Positions 13,501-25,014 of a stretch of DNA of 64,000 bases are shown here, one piece after another. Position 1 is the first letter of the stretch. Each line of letters starts with the position of its first letter. A program made the translations under genes and the position numbers. The stretch comes from Blasia pusilla (taxonomy: Eukaryota): the NCBI GenBank assembly GCA_050084515.1, contig CM114271.1, positions 23,808,001 to 23,872,000 on the forward strand, given 5' to 3'. The notes below the pieces were generated by a model. The model made no database searches. It had not been told where the DNA came from and saw only the letters and a program-made list of their open reading frames with translations.

Positions 13501-16500
13501 TTTTTACATAGATTTGGATGAGGTGGACGTGTGTTGCAACCAATAGAAGATGCAGTATGGAGGATTGCATCGGCTTACATTTCTCTTCATTTTAGGCTTT
13601 GTTGGTCTCATAAGTGGTCGAATATTGTGGCTACACTAAGAAAATGTTGCCATTGGCAAATGAAAGACCTCATCATCTGGTATGGGCAGAGTCTGGGAAT
13701 ATCCTAATGGAGAGCCATGCACCTGAAAGTTTGATCGCTTCCTCTAGCATCTAGAGGGTGATGATCCTAATCACCTCTCTGCAAGAGCTTTCAGAGCCTC
13801 TAAGGATTGCGCTCGTGCTTGTGCAAGAAACTAGTATTATGATTGCAGAGGATGGTTGGGGCAGGTGAATTTATTGCTTGTCAAGAAGTTCTAGCCAAGA
13901 GCTCTTGAAAGATCTCAGGAGTACCTCTGTGTTTATCAATGGGATGCTCATCCGGAGTGTTTGAAGAGAGGAATCTAACAGAATTGAAGGACGTGATGAA
14001 AGATTCCCTTCCTTCAAGTGTGTTGGGTCATCAAATGAAAAGGCTTTGTGTCTTTCAGTGCTATGGTCTACCAAAGAATGTGTAGCGCTGGTCAGAGTCA
14101 GATGTGACTCATCAGCAGCCTTAGTCGGAGTGGGGAAAGTTCACTCGCAGAAAGTGGAGACAGATAGTGTAGACACCGCGGATGAAAGGAAGTGAACAAT
14201 GAAGACCATATTTTCCAATGCAGCTACCCTGAGAAGAACGTCTAGAACTTTTTCAAGGCTCAGGCGTTAGTGTGAGAGCTTTTATGTCCAGTAGGAACTA
14301 AATTCCAATACCCAAGCTACGATGTCAATGTGTGTGGCTCCCAGAGTTCAATGTTTAGAATATTTATCTTGGTAAGACAACAGTAGCTTCACTTCTGTTA
14401 CTTGTTCTGCATGATCTGGCGCCCCTTGATGGTGCACATAATTTCATACGAATTCCCATAGCTCTCTTGGGCTCTGGTGGATGAAAAATGAGTTCCTTTG
14501 TTCATTCGTAGTACTAGTCTGAATCCGTGTCTGCTCAATTCGCTGACCCTTGTTTTGCAACTACAGGGCCAGAGCTACTGATGAGGCGACCTGCAATGGT
14601 CAGTCCACAATCTTCTGACCCGGATTCCGTCTTTCAAAGGGAAGGTGATACTGTGGATGAGGCAGATTGGAGGTGTTTCTGCACAGTCAATGGTGAGTAG
14701 TCTCATGGGAATCAAAACTTCTTTATTCTGGTTTAATAAAACTTGATTTGCTCAAGAGGAATGGCCACCACCTTTAGGGTCTCAGTTATTCCCAGTCTTG
14801 CAAATGTATGTTTGATGTTCCGTCCTGCATTCGCAACCTCTTTCATTAAGGACTTAATGGAGAGCGTCTAGTGCCCAGTAAAGTTCAAGAGGGACCATTC
14901 ATAGGTCTTGTCTTCCGAACGTTAGTTTCTGAGCATCTTTTTGGGTTGGGTAACGATTTTGTATTAGTCCAGAAACGCTTTCGGCGAACTGTCCAAAATG
15001 ATGTTGTTGAACCCAGTTGATTGAGGTGTTGCCCTGTTGACCATGGTCAGGTCTTCGAATATTTGAAGATGTAGCAGCTTCAAAGGTATATTTCTTGCTC
15101 ATTTTTATGCTTACTCTTGAGTCTTTCTTAGGCTTTCTTGTAATAGTAATCATTATGGTAGCAATTAATTTCTACATGTGGCCATCTCGTTTGCAATATG
15201 CTTGTGGAGGAATTACTTTCTTGCCTTCCGTCACTCTCCTATCCTAGGGGAAATTAGAGTATGTGGCCTCTGATATCAACGTGTGCAGGCTGAAAAAGGT
15301 GCCATCATGAAAGCTGTTGGAGTTGTGGATGCGGCTCCAGATACAATCTTTGAAATGGTCATGAGCTTGGAGAAATCATCCAGATATCAGTAAGTAGGAT
15401 TTCTCTAGGTTCTGTTTAGAGTGTGACAGGCCCCAACAGCCAACTAAGACTTAATTTATTCCTTCTTAAAAGTTTTTGTCCATTCCTGTTTCCAGGTTTG
15501 AATTCTTGGAATTTATCTTTCTTAATGTCTGACTGGTTGAAGTTAACAAAACAGTATTGATTTTGCAGGTGGGATGTGCTGACAGCAGATCTAGAGCTAG
15601 TAGAGCAACTAGATGGCCACTCAGACATTGTTTATGGGACGTTTGATTCCAAGTATTACAAGAGGTTTGTCTTTTGGACAAGAGTTTCTATTTGTGCACT
15701 GCTGTGGTTACTGCTAATGTAGTTACTATACTATGAGGTGTTGCACACGTTTTACAGGTTTTCTGGGTGAGAATAAATATGGCTCCAAAATTCAGAAGTG
15801 CTTATTTTGGACTTTCTAGATCAAAATTGAGGCTTTAGGCTTTATTCTTGTCAGGTGCCTGGTGACTTCTCATTTGGTATGTATAGAATCTTGAAAGAGT
15901 TTTTGAAGATTTGGTGCATGAAGGGTCTGTTGTAGCATGATCTTGTTGAGCCAAGACAGGTGAATATAAGAACTGTCTGTTTCTGGAAGTTGATTCTGTG
16001 GAAGTAGTCAATTTTATTCATTTATATAAAGTAAAATTTAGGCTTTGAAATACAGCAGAAAGTTTAATCAGCCAAGCATTTGACTTTCCCAGTTAGTGAG
16101 TGACTTGCTTGAATGATCCTGAACAGATGGCATGCCAAAAGGGATTTTGTTTTCTCTCGTTATTGGCGCCGCGACCAAGATGGGTCTTACTGTAAGATCT
16201 TTCTTCACTTTTGTGGACCTTTGATGATTAGATAGCCATGTGAAGTTGTTGGTTCTGCCAAAGTCCTCTGGAAGTATATATTTTCACCGTCAAATTCAAG
16301 CTGTGAACTGCAGATTAGAGTTCGGTGTTCTGACTCTGTGGCTGCATGTGAATTCAGTAATTCATCAAATTTCAACCATTCACAAGACTAAACCATCGAA
16401 GAGTGGTTACCGACGCATTGATTTCAATCGTAAGTATTTGTGAAAGGGCGGATTTCCAGTTTCCTTCTTCCATATCCACTTTTACCCTTGCTGCTTGAGT

Positions 16501-19500
16501 TATTCAGCTAACAAGAAATGTCCAAATTCATACCCAATAGATGCACATGAAGGAAGACTGAAGGTGACTGGTGCCTTCTACACTACTGTATGTCATTTTT
16601 CTTGACTGTTCCTGTATCTTGCATTGTATGTATGTTTTGTGACTTTTGACTAACTAATTGAAGAACATACTGCAGCGGGTATATGGGAGATTGCCCCTCT
16701 TCCACCAAGGCCTGGAAGCAATGCTCCCCGATCAGTTGTCACCCAGATCATGGAAGTCAGATCTACCGGATGGGGCCGATGGAAGGCTAGTCATTATGCC
16801 AAATTCCACAAGACTGTTCCATGTGTAATGCTCTGCCGGATTGCAGGTAGCTTTCTGGAACTTTTTCCACATTCGCAGTCTAGGCCTCTCTTTTGGAGGA
16901 TAGGGAAAGTCTGTCATTCCTTATTTTGGCTCTCCTATGAGTTGGACCTGGTGGTTCTTTCTTCGATCTTCTGATGCATTTTAGTTTGGTTTGGCAATGC
17001 TCAGGTCTCAGAGAATTCTTTGCTGCAAAGCCAGAGCTTTGCATGATAGCTACAGAACGTGTCACAAGGAATCATCCCAAATCGGTGAGAAAAGAACCAG
17101 ATTCTCCAGAGTCAACACATGAGCAAATGGTTCAGATACCTGAGCCAAACGAGGAATTTTATGATGCTCTGATGGGGCCGGAGCCAGTTGACGATGGCGA
17201 AAGTGAAGAAAATGATCAGGAAGATGCTACAGCTGATCACAAGGTCTGGAATGATGGTGCTGTCTTTTTCCGATAAGTTGATGAATCTGTGGGGGAAAGA
17301 GACACCTTTTCTTTTGCACAGTATGAGTCTTTGCTTATCCCAAAGCTTCTCCTTATATGGTGTGGAACATGGTGTGGAAACGTTTCTTGTCCACTCATGT
17401 GACTTGTGGCATAGGTCCTGTGGTAAATCTTTGTGAAAATGGTATGTTCAATGAATTGAAATGGAGTTCTTCTGATTGTTTTGGATGTTACTTCAAAATT
17501 TGTCTGGAAAGTTGACGTGATTATCTCCTGTCCAGTCTACAGGTCATGGCCGTAGGTTTGCAAGTGTATCTTGGAGTGTTATGATTGGTATAGCCAGTAA
17601 GCGACCACCAGGTACTTGCTCTATTACTTGTTTTCATTAGAAAAATGCTGTTACTTGTGAGTATGTCCCTGGCTGATTGATGTTTCACTTAGGTTAGGTC
17701 AGGAAATGCTACGCTCGCAAGGAGTATCATGGGGCTTGAATGTTCTCCAGCTGGTTTGCTTACTAGTCCTTAAACATTGGACTAATTTTATGTCTAATTC
17801 TGATGTACTTACCTTACTTCGTTCTGTCTAGGGGAAGTTGTATGCAGGAACAGTCTACCCTCTGAGACACATAGAATAATTGCTCATACATGACTCTTTT
17901 CAAAGTCTGTACTTGTGGAACTGTACTGTTGTTGACATTTTGGTGTTTCTCCTAACAATGGATCATGCTTGGTGCAGCAAGGGAAGAAAACAGTGAGCTG
18001 GTTCTAAGTGCTCAACCCATGTATATTGATCCAAAAGCATTTAAAGGTACCCTACGCCGGAGTATCTATGACAAAGATAGTGATTGCTGGTCAGAACCTG
18101 GAGGAAAAGGATTTATGGTTCGAGGACGCACTTATAATTATGACAATTTGAAGGTCAGCTGGTTGAATCTTTGAAGCATATAATTTCAGAGGTGACATTG
18201 GGTGAAATACTGCTAGCACATTCCTCTGTAAATTTTAAGTCAATTTGAAATTGTATCTTAGAGGTGTAGCTATCTTGGCTTCGCTTTCAAGTTGATGTTA
18301 AATTATGCAAATGACGATTTCATCATGTGTTTTTCAGGTGGCAGGAACGGATCCTTTGCTGAAACTGTTGGCTGTTGATTGGATTAAGTCAGAGCAGAGG
18401 ATGGACTTTGTTGCCAAGTATCCCAACTCTATTGTGCAGGTGAGAAATATTGCTTGAATGTAATCTGTGCTGATGTCCTGGTGGGTACTTCGAAATACTA
18501 AATAGAAGCATGACAAACACCATAAAATGTATATGATGTAAATAAATTATGTAGAGTAGTTTGAGTGGCTAAAATCTGCTGCTGGAATCTAGAAGTTTTA
18601 AGAAGGCTGGGAGCAGCTGATAAGAAGATGCAAGAGTTTTCTTAGAAAGGAGGTCAATTGCTTATCCTCTTGTTTATCCTTTGTATTGATTTCACTTTAC
18701 TGTTATAGTTGGTCCGAGATTTGTTGGTTTGCATGTTGGGTGTGGCCAGTAAGGATGGTGCCCGGTTGTGCATGTATAGGTATGGAGTATAGGAACTCAT
18801 AAACTACCAACTACTAAACAAAAATTTGTTTCCAAGAATGTCATTATTACTGAAAGGTAATTTTGTTGTGTGTGTTCATTTGCTGTACACTCGTTCCAGT
18901 CCGCGGTGGGGAAGGCAGTTCCATTTATACTCATCATAAACTTACAGGTATGATTGTGGTCCGCACCTATCTGCTCTTCTATTGTCCACCATGAATTCAG
19001 TAATTCCTGGTAGATTGTAGTCCTGATTATTATCTCTAGTATCGTCAGCCTTAGCTCTTAGAGTCGTTCTTGCTTCAGGGGTTCAATTACAACTTCAGTT
19101 TATGTAAATCTGAATCAAGATCTTCCCCACAAAGTATCTAAATGCTGTATGTGTCCTTGTTCCAGCTGCTGGATTTATCGATTATGTTTTATCACCAGAA
19201 TTTGTCACAATTTAAAGAAGAGTTTATCCCTGTTTTCCAATGAGTTCATGTCTATTTCCCTCCACCAAAATTCTGTTTTCTGATTTCGTAATATTTTCTC
19301 ATGATTTTTTATGTCCATTTTATGTTATTGGAATTCTTATTTGTGTTTTCCATCAGTAGATTGTCTTATTCCAGTTGCCAAAACTTTCCCTCTGTTTTTA
19401 TTACCCAAACTTTTCCTGTATACTTCTTGATCATCGGAAAATATTCCCTGCTGCAATGTTTTTCTTCGTTAACTGTAATTCTAGTGAGTAGAAGATATTT

Positions 19501-21118
19501 CAGCTTCTAGGCATTCTCATGATTGTTGGTGCCATTATTTTCACGTAGTGCATGGCAATTTCCTTCCCACTTCTCACAATCCCCCCATTTCTAGATGGTA
19601 GCTCTTCTCGAGCCACATAGGTCTTCCCACATCAAGTAAGGTAGCCGAATAGAAGGCCCAAAGCCTGGTATTATAGTCCATGTGTGAAAGTCTTGAAACT
19701 CGCCGCCCACCACTATTCCAGGAAATGAACTGAGAAGACAGGATATCCTGGGTTCAAGGAAACAATTATTTCTAAAAGTTAATGATTCATATGACTTCCA
19801 AAACGTAGTCAAATTGATGGCTGCACTCTGTCATGAGAAAAAATGCAATCATGGTTGCACAACTGGAAAAGTTTCATGGTTGTGCAATCATGAAACGTTT
19901 CCAGTAGCCTTAGTCCATAGGTATTTTCTGGAGAGGACGGGGCTCGTGGAGATGCAGCATTAATAATACTATTTGTTCCAGTAGAAACAAAATTAAAGTG
20001 AATGAATGAAATCTCTTTTGGTAGTTAGAATGTAACTCTCTTGATGGTATTGCAGGTTCCTGCGAAGCCAAACTACAGTATGGTATTCTACTATGTAGCG
20101 GACAGGCCCATTAGGAAGGACTCTTTGCTCGACCAATTTGTAAATGGAGATGATGCCTTCAGGAATGCACGCTTCAAGCTTATTCCTAGTATTGTTGAGG
20201 TAAGTTTTTTGCAGGACGTCCTTTTGTGTAGGTCTGACATTTAGCTGTAAACGGGGTTGTTGTTATATCCGTTGTGTTTTTGAGGACAGTTGTTTTTGTT
20301 GTGCTGGACCTCTTAGGGTTTTGGTCAGATCTTGCAAAGAGTCCCCTTTTTCTGTCATCTCCGAGTCAAATGTGGATTTCCACTTTTTGCAAAAGTGCAA
20401 AAGCAAGGAAACTAATAATAGCTATTGGCGGATGATGGCAGGGTTATTGGATGGTAAAGCGGGCTGTAGGAACCAAAGCATGTTTATTAGGACGAGCTGT
20501 AACTTGTCGGTACTTAAGAGAAGATAACTTCTTAGAGGTAAGCATTTTGCTGTAATATTCGTTAGCAAGGAGTCACCTGGGGAGATTATTATAGCACATC
20601 AGCCCATGATATGTCATGCAGGAGTACTCAGAGATCCTATGAGGACTTGCGTCAGGACTGTGTTCACAACCAAATAAGTTTTGTCCCTCACTGTGGTCTT
20701 TTTCTGTTGGCTTCTGCAAGTTAAAACTTGAAAGAAACTGAGACTCTTTTTGGATGTGCAGATTGATGTTGATATTGGATCATCATCGGTCGCTCGGGGT
20801 GTGCTAGGATTAGTGCTAGGTTATGTCACCAGTCTCGTTGTTGATCTGGCCATTTTAATTGAGGTAAGGCAGACTCCTATCCTAATTGGAGCACATGGGA
20901 ATTGCAAGAGTTTGTCTCTACCTAGATGCTTTTATTAGTGCCAGACCAGGCTGTACATCTTTTCTTGTCTCCAAATTTACATTCGGAAAATCAAAGTTTT
21001 TGACACATAAGTTGTCTCTGCACAGGCCAAAGAACAATGTGAGTTACCCGAATATGTACTTGGGGCAATTCGGGTAAACCGAATAAGTGTGGAATCTGCG
21101 GCTCCTTGTGAACGATAA
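10582..21118 (+). CDS. EDR2L: ENHANCED DISEASE RESISTANCE 2-like protein (PH + START + DUF1336/EDR2_C), 22 exons, 768 aa
   Basis: Exons: 10582-10821, 11520-11594, 12604-12657, 12824-12889, 13206-13261, 13404-13477, 14567-14692, 15051-15085, 15289-15389, 15569-15664, 16127-16191, 16358-16429, 16676-16846, 17005-17243, 17536-17611, 17978-18153, 18338-18439, 18900-18947, 20056-20199, 20442-20537, 20762-20863, 21026-21118. The sum is 2307 nt, in frame, with all introns GT-AG. PH domain: YAGWIYHIGMNSLG..RYLVIRGK. START: GLRIFED..IMKAVGVVD..RYQWD..RYWRRDQDGSY. DUF1336: CWSEPGGKGFMVRG..LLAVDW..RNARFKLIPSIVEGYWMVKRAVGTKACLLG..IDVDIGSS..ELPEYVLGAIR. Confidence 0.93.
19844..19905. repeat. Intronic fold-back (near-perfect 21-bp arms plus an adjacent near-palindrome)
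   Basis: actggaaaagtttcatggttg (19862-19882) pairs with caatcatgaaacgtttccagt (19885-19905) with 2 mismatches. It is preceded by tgcaatcatggttgca. Confidence 0.8.
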
Positions 21119-21237
21119 ACATGACACAACGGAGCAAAATGATTGTCTTGTGTCCTAACACTTTGCATGTAAATTTCTTTACTCACCTGTCTTAATATCT
21201 AGTATGATGAGTGGGCGAGACTGGGATGCTGTCATCA

Positions 21238-21539
21238 ATTCAACCAGAAAGGTTCTGCTGGGACTTTAGGACTGGTGACCCAATATTTTATGTTAGTGAC
21301 TATTGCAACCTAGAACTCCTACAATTAGAAACTGCTTAATCTACTTTGATAGACTATGGCTCATTTTAAGTGTGGTGTGAGGAGTGAGAGAAACTAGGAT
21401 TGTGCCATGGATTCAACCACCAAGGTTCTGCTAAGACAACAGAACCAGGTGACTCACTATTCTATGGTCATAACGATTTCAACCTAAAACTCCTACAATT
21501 AGAAACTGCTTAATCTACTTTGATAGACTATGGCCCATT
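21238..21539 (+). repeat. Two-copy ~128-bp direct repeat in the EDR2-like 3' region
   Basis: Copies at 21238-21365 and 21411-21539. The 3' ~45 bp (aactcctacaattagaaactgcttaatctactttgatagactatggc) is identical and the 5' part has diverged. Confidence 0.9.
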
Positions 21540-24500
21540 GTAATTAGGGGTAGTCAACGAACTTACTAGAAGTAGTTCTAAAGAGGTATTTAAGTATTTA
21601 TATTAGAGTCTGTCTATACATATAGCTTCCAGGTTTTCATCCCTAAATTGTAACATCTATAGTGGGCATCACCCAATATTCACAGAGACTGTGTTAGTCA
21701 CGCTCTCGTTGTTTCCACCTATTGGCCCTTTTTGGCATGGTTGCACTGTCTTGATGTTTTTTTGTTATGGTCACACTGTCCTGTTCCTCCTTTTATGCTT
21801 GTTGTCACTCTACTCCTTGGCTTCTAAGGAGCCTAGTTCCATATCTTGGTTCCTTTGCTGTTGAACTTTCAGTTTTTAAAAGGTTATGGTTTCTCTGAGG
21901 GGTTTGCAGAAGCAACTCAATGTATCCAAGGGGAATCTGCAAGTTTTGATCATTAACCTCGCGGATGGGAGGAATGGAAGGTACACGAGGAAATCGGTGT
22001 TCTTGCAACAGGGGCTCTATATTATAATGGATACAAGTCGTTTATCCTGGTACTGTGGGATACCAAAGTCTACTGTTGCTGGACGATGAGTATTACAGTG
22101 ATGATGTAAGACCACCCTAGGATGGGGAATTTGCCAACATGGTTGACTGTTGTGCATGATCATCTCGATGGTAAAATCATCATACATGTAAATCATTTCA
22201 TACGTGTGTAGTATAACTTAGAATCGCTTTCATACACCACTACTTTATTCAGCAAGGTCAGATAGTGGTGAATTATTAATAGTTCAGTAACACCAAGAAC
22301 CTTGCAGATAATCCTTTGGGCACTGACCAAAGAAGCAGGTTCGGTTGGCTTCCCAGATCAGGGAAAATGGTAGTCATGGGTGCACATAATGGAGAGAGTT
22401 ATTTTCCTGACAAATTCCAGAGGAGACTTCGGATGCAACTTACTCAAAACGTCACCACCAGTAGTCCTGGTGTGTTTGTTGACACCTAGATCAAAATCTT
22501 CACGTGTTTCAAAAGGGAGTTGATTCTAGAGCAAAGTGCTAATTTTCGTTCTCAGGAATTGGTCTTAACAATTCCATATCTGTGAATATTTGGGAGTAGT
22601 GTCTAAGGTGGATTATTACTTCTTCGAATGCAATGAGGCCATCATATTAGTTTACTGTTAACTGCAAAAAAAGCGCTTTCCAGGATCTGGTAGCATCCCA
22701 CTCTGCATCAGTCAGAGTCGTGGGCGAAGTTTGTAGAAGGGAGTTAGTTACCGTTTGAAAATTCCAACATCTCAATCTTGGATGTGTTTTTCTTGGCACT
22801 TTTTAACTGAAAGATGTCTACAGTACCCCTGGTAGAACAGTCTATCTTATCTCTGCACCCAAACTTACTCGGGATGGACTGCTGGTCACTTTCCTGGTTG
22901 ATATGCCATGCCAATTTGTTGTGAGGTACCCAAATTATTGGACCAACTCAGCCCGGTTCTTTTGGTTCAACTTTACAGCCTGGATTTCAAGGTACGGTGT
23001 TCTGAAGTTAATCTCTAGGAGTATTAGAGCTTGAAGACTACAAACATATAGCCTAGCTCCGAAGAGCACTTGTCTTTTCTCTACGGGGGTTCGTTTCTTA
23101 GTCATCGAAGTTCTCAGTAAGTATTTTGGGATTTCCACTTTGTTTCTCCTTTTCTTGCGGTTGGTTGCGGTCGTGCTGTAAACTTTTCAGTATTTTCTAG
23201 CTTCTCCAAGCCTTGCGACCACACTTCATCATTTATGTGGGTTGGTTAAAGTTTATATGGAATGTTGGGTATTGCTGCTCACGGTTGGAGAATCTCTTTC
23301 TAGTTTTGGAGATGGTTTGATTCTATTTCCATTGCTGGTGGCAGAGTTTTCGTTTAGGGTACCATTACAAACCTATTATTGGTGTATTTCGACTAATTCG
23401 TGAGCGGATCTTTGGATGAAGGCAGTTTCATTTGAGGGGGAGTGACTCTACACAGGGCATGCTTTGGGTGTGGAGCAACGAATTCAAGTTGACCCTGAAG
23501 TTAAGGGATGAACCTGAACATTTGTACAAGGGCTATGGTATCCATTATTTATCATTGCCTGGATTTCTTTTTTGTTTAGCGGGCAAATTATTATGGAGGT
23601 GGGGACGTGGGGCTCCTGTAGCCAAGTTCGCCCTGTGCGGCGCGCCGAAGAAGGGATGGCTGGCAAAGGTGCTTTTCAGGCGGTGAGATGTAGTCGATAC
23701 AGTCTCTGCGAACAAAATAAAGTACACGCATCTTCCATGTCGCTTGGGGCTCGTTAGATTCCACTCTTGCGTTCTGCAAATGTGAATTGTATGATGAGAT
23801 GGTTTTATTTGGACTCTTGTTTTGTGCGTGTACACTCGCGGTTTTGTTACAGAAAGGTTTGCTAGTATGTCTGTCCTGGTATCAAGACTCATTCTCACGG
23901 TGTTCGGTGTCGTCTCAGTTTCGCTTGAAGAAATGGATCTTAGAGCCCTCTCCACCGTGACTTACCCATCCTAAATATGCAATTGAATTGGAACGATCTA
24001 TATGTAGGTTTAGACCGCGCGAACAATTCTATTGACTAAATGGCACATGTGTCGAGAGGAAAAGTGATGAAGAGACACTCTCTAATATAGATAGCACTTC
24101 GCCAAAAGACTGGGTAACCCTCCTGCGTCTCAATCCCATCTCGTGGGACTCTTCCTCCCATCGTTCAAGACATCTCCATGTCTTGAACGATAGATTCGTG
24201 AAATACGCAAGTCCGAAACGACTGGCCGCGAGGTGATTTCTGGTGAATACCGGCCATAATAGGACGTCTCAAATAGCCGGACGTAAGTCCCCGGACGTCT
24301 CTCAGGATATTGGCCGCAAAAGAAGGACGCTACTCTTTTACGTCAGAGGGTATCTCATTTTATTAGGTTTCATACGAACGAACAGTCGGGGACACGGCCG
24401 GAAGAGCCAAACGCCTGCCTCTTTCGGCACCTGAACCTGCCGTAAGGCCATAGAAGGACAGAAATTTGAGACCCCCTAATTGACTTGTTAAGTGGGCGAC

Positions 24501-25014
24501 CGAAGGTTGAAGCCTCCAGGAACCAGAGCCATGCAACTACGCTTTCCTGGCGCCATGGGAAGTCGCCGTGGCTACCGGGAGTCGTGGGCATGGACACTGC
24601 GACTTCCCATGCTACCCCGTTCCAGAATTCACCATCTGCGCCGTGTGGAACAAGTAACATCTATAGCCCACGAAAAGCTGCTCTCGCCGCGAGAATAGTT
24701 GGATCATGCTCACCAAATGTGGAGGAAGAGTCCCACGAGGGGAAATCCAAAACTCCGAAGGAGTCTCACAAGGAACTAGGAAAACTCTTACTCCCAATGC
24801 CAGTAGACCGCGAGAGTTCCACTCACAAAAGTGGACCTCGGGCGGCTAAATATCTGCGAAAAGGTCGGGACTACATCTAGTGTGAGTAGAGTAGAATAAA
24901 ATATAATAAAGTAGACGATACGGAGGGATGGCCGCTGCTCACTTTCTTGCCCTCAACAGATGTCGGGAAATGAAAAGCCGAAAAATGTCAGACTTGAATG
25001 GCAGGGAGTGTTCA

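Noticed and set aside
24554-24611. 13-bp inverted repeat catgggaagtcgc / gcgacttcccatg
   Set aside because: Short, with no TSD or other support.
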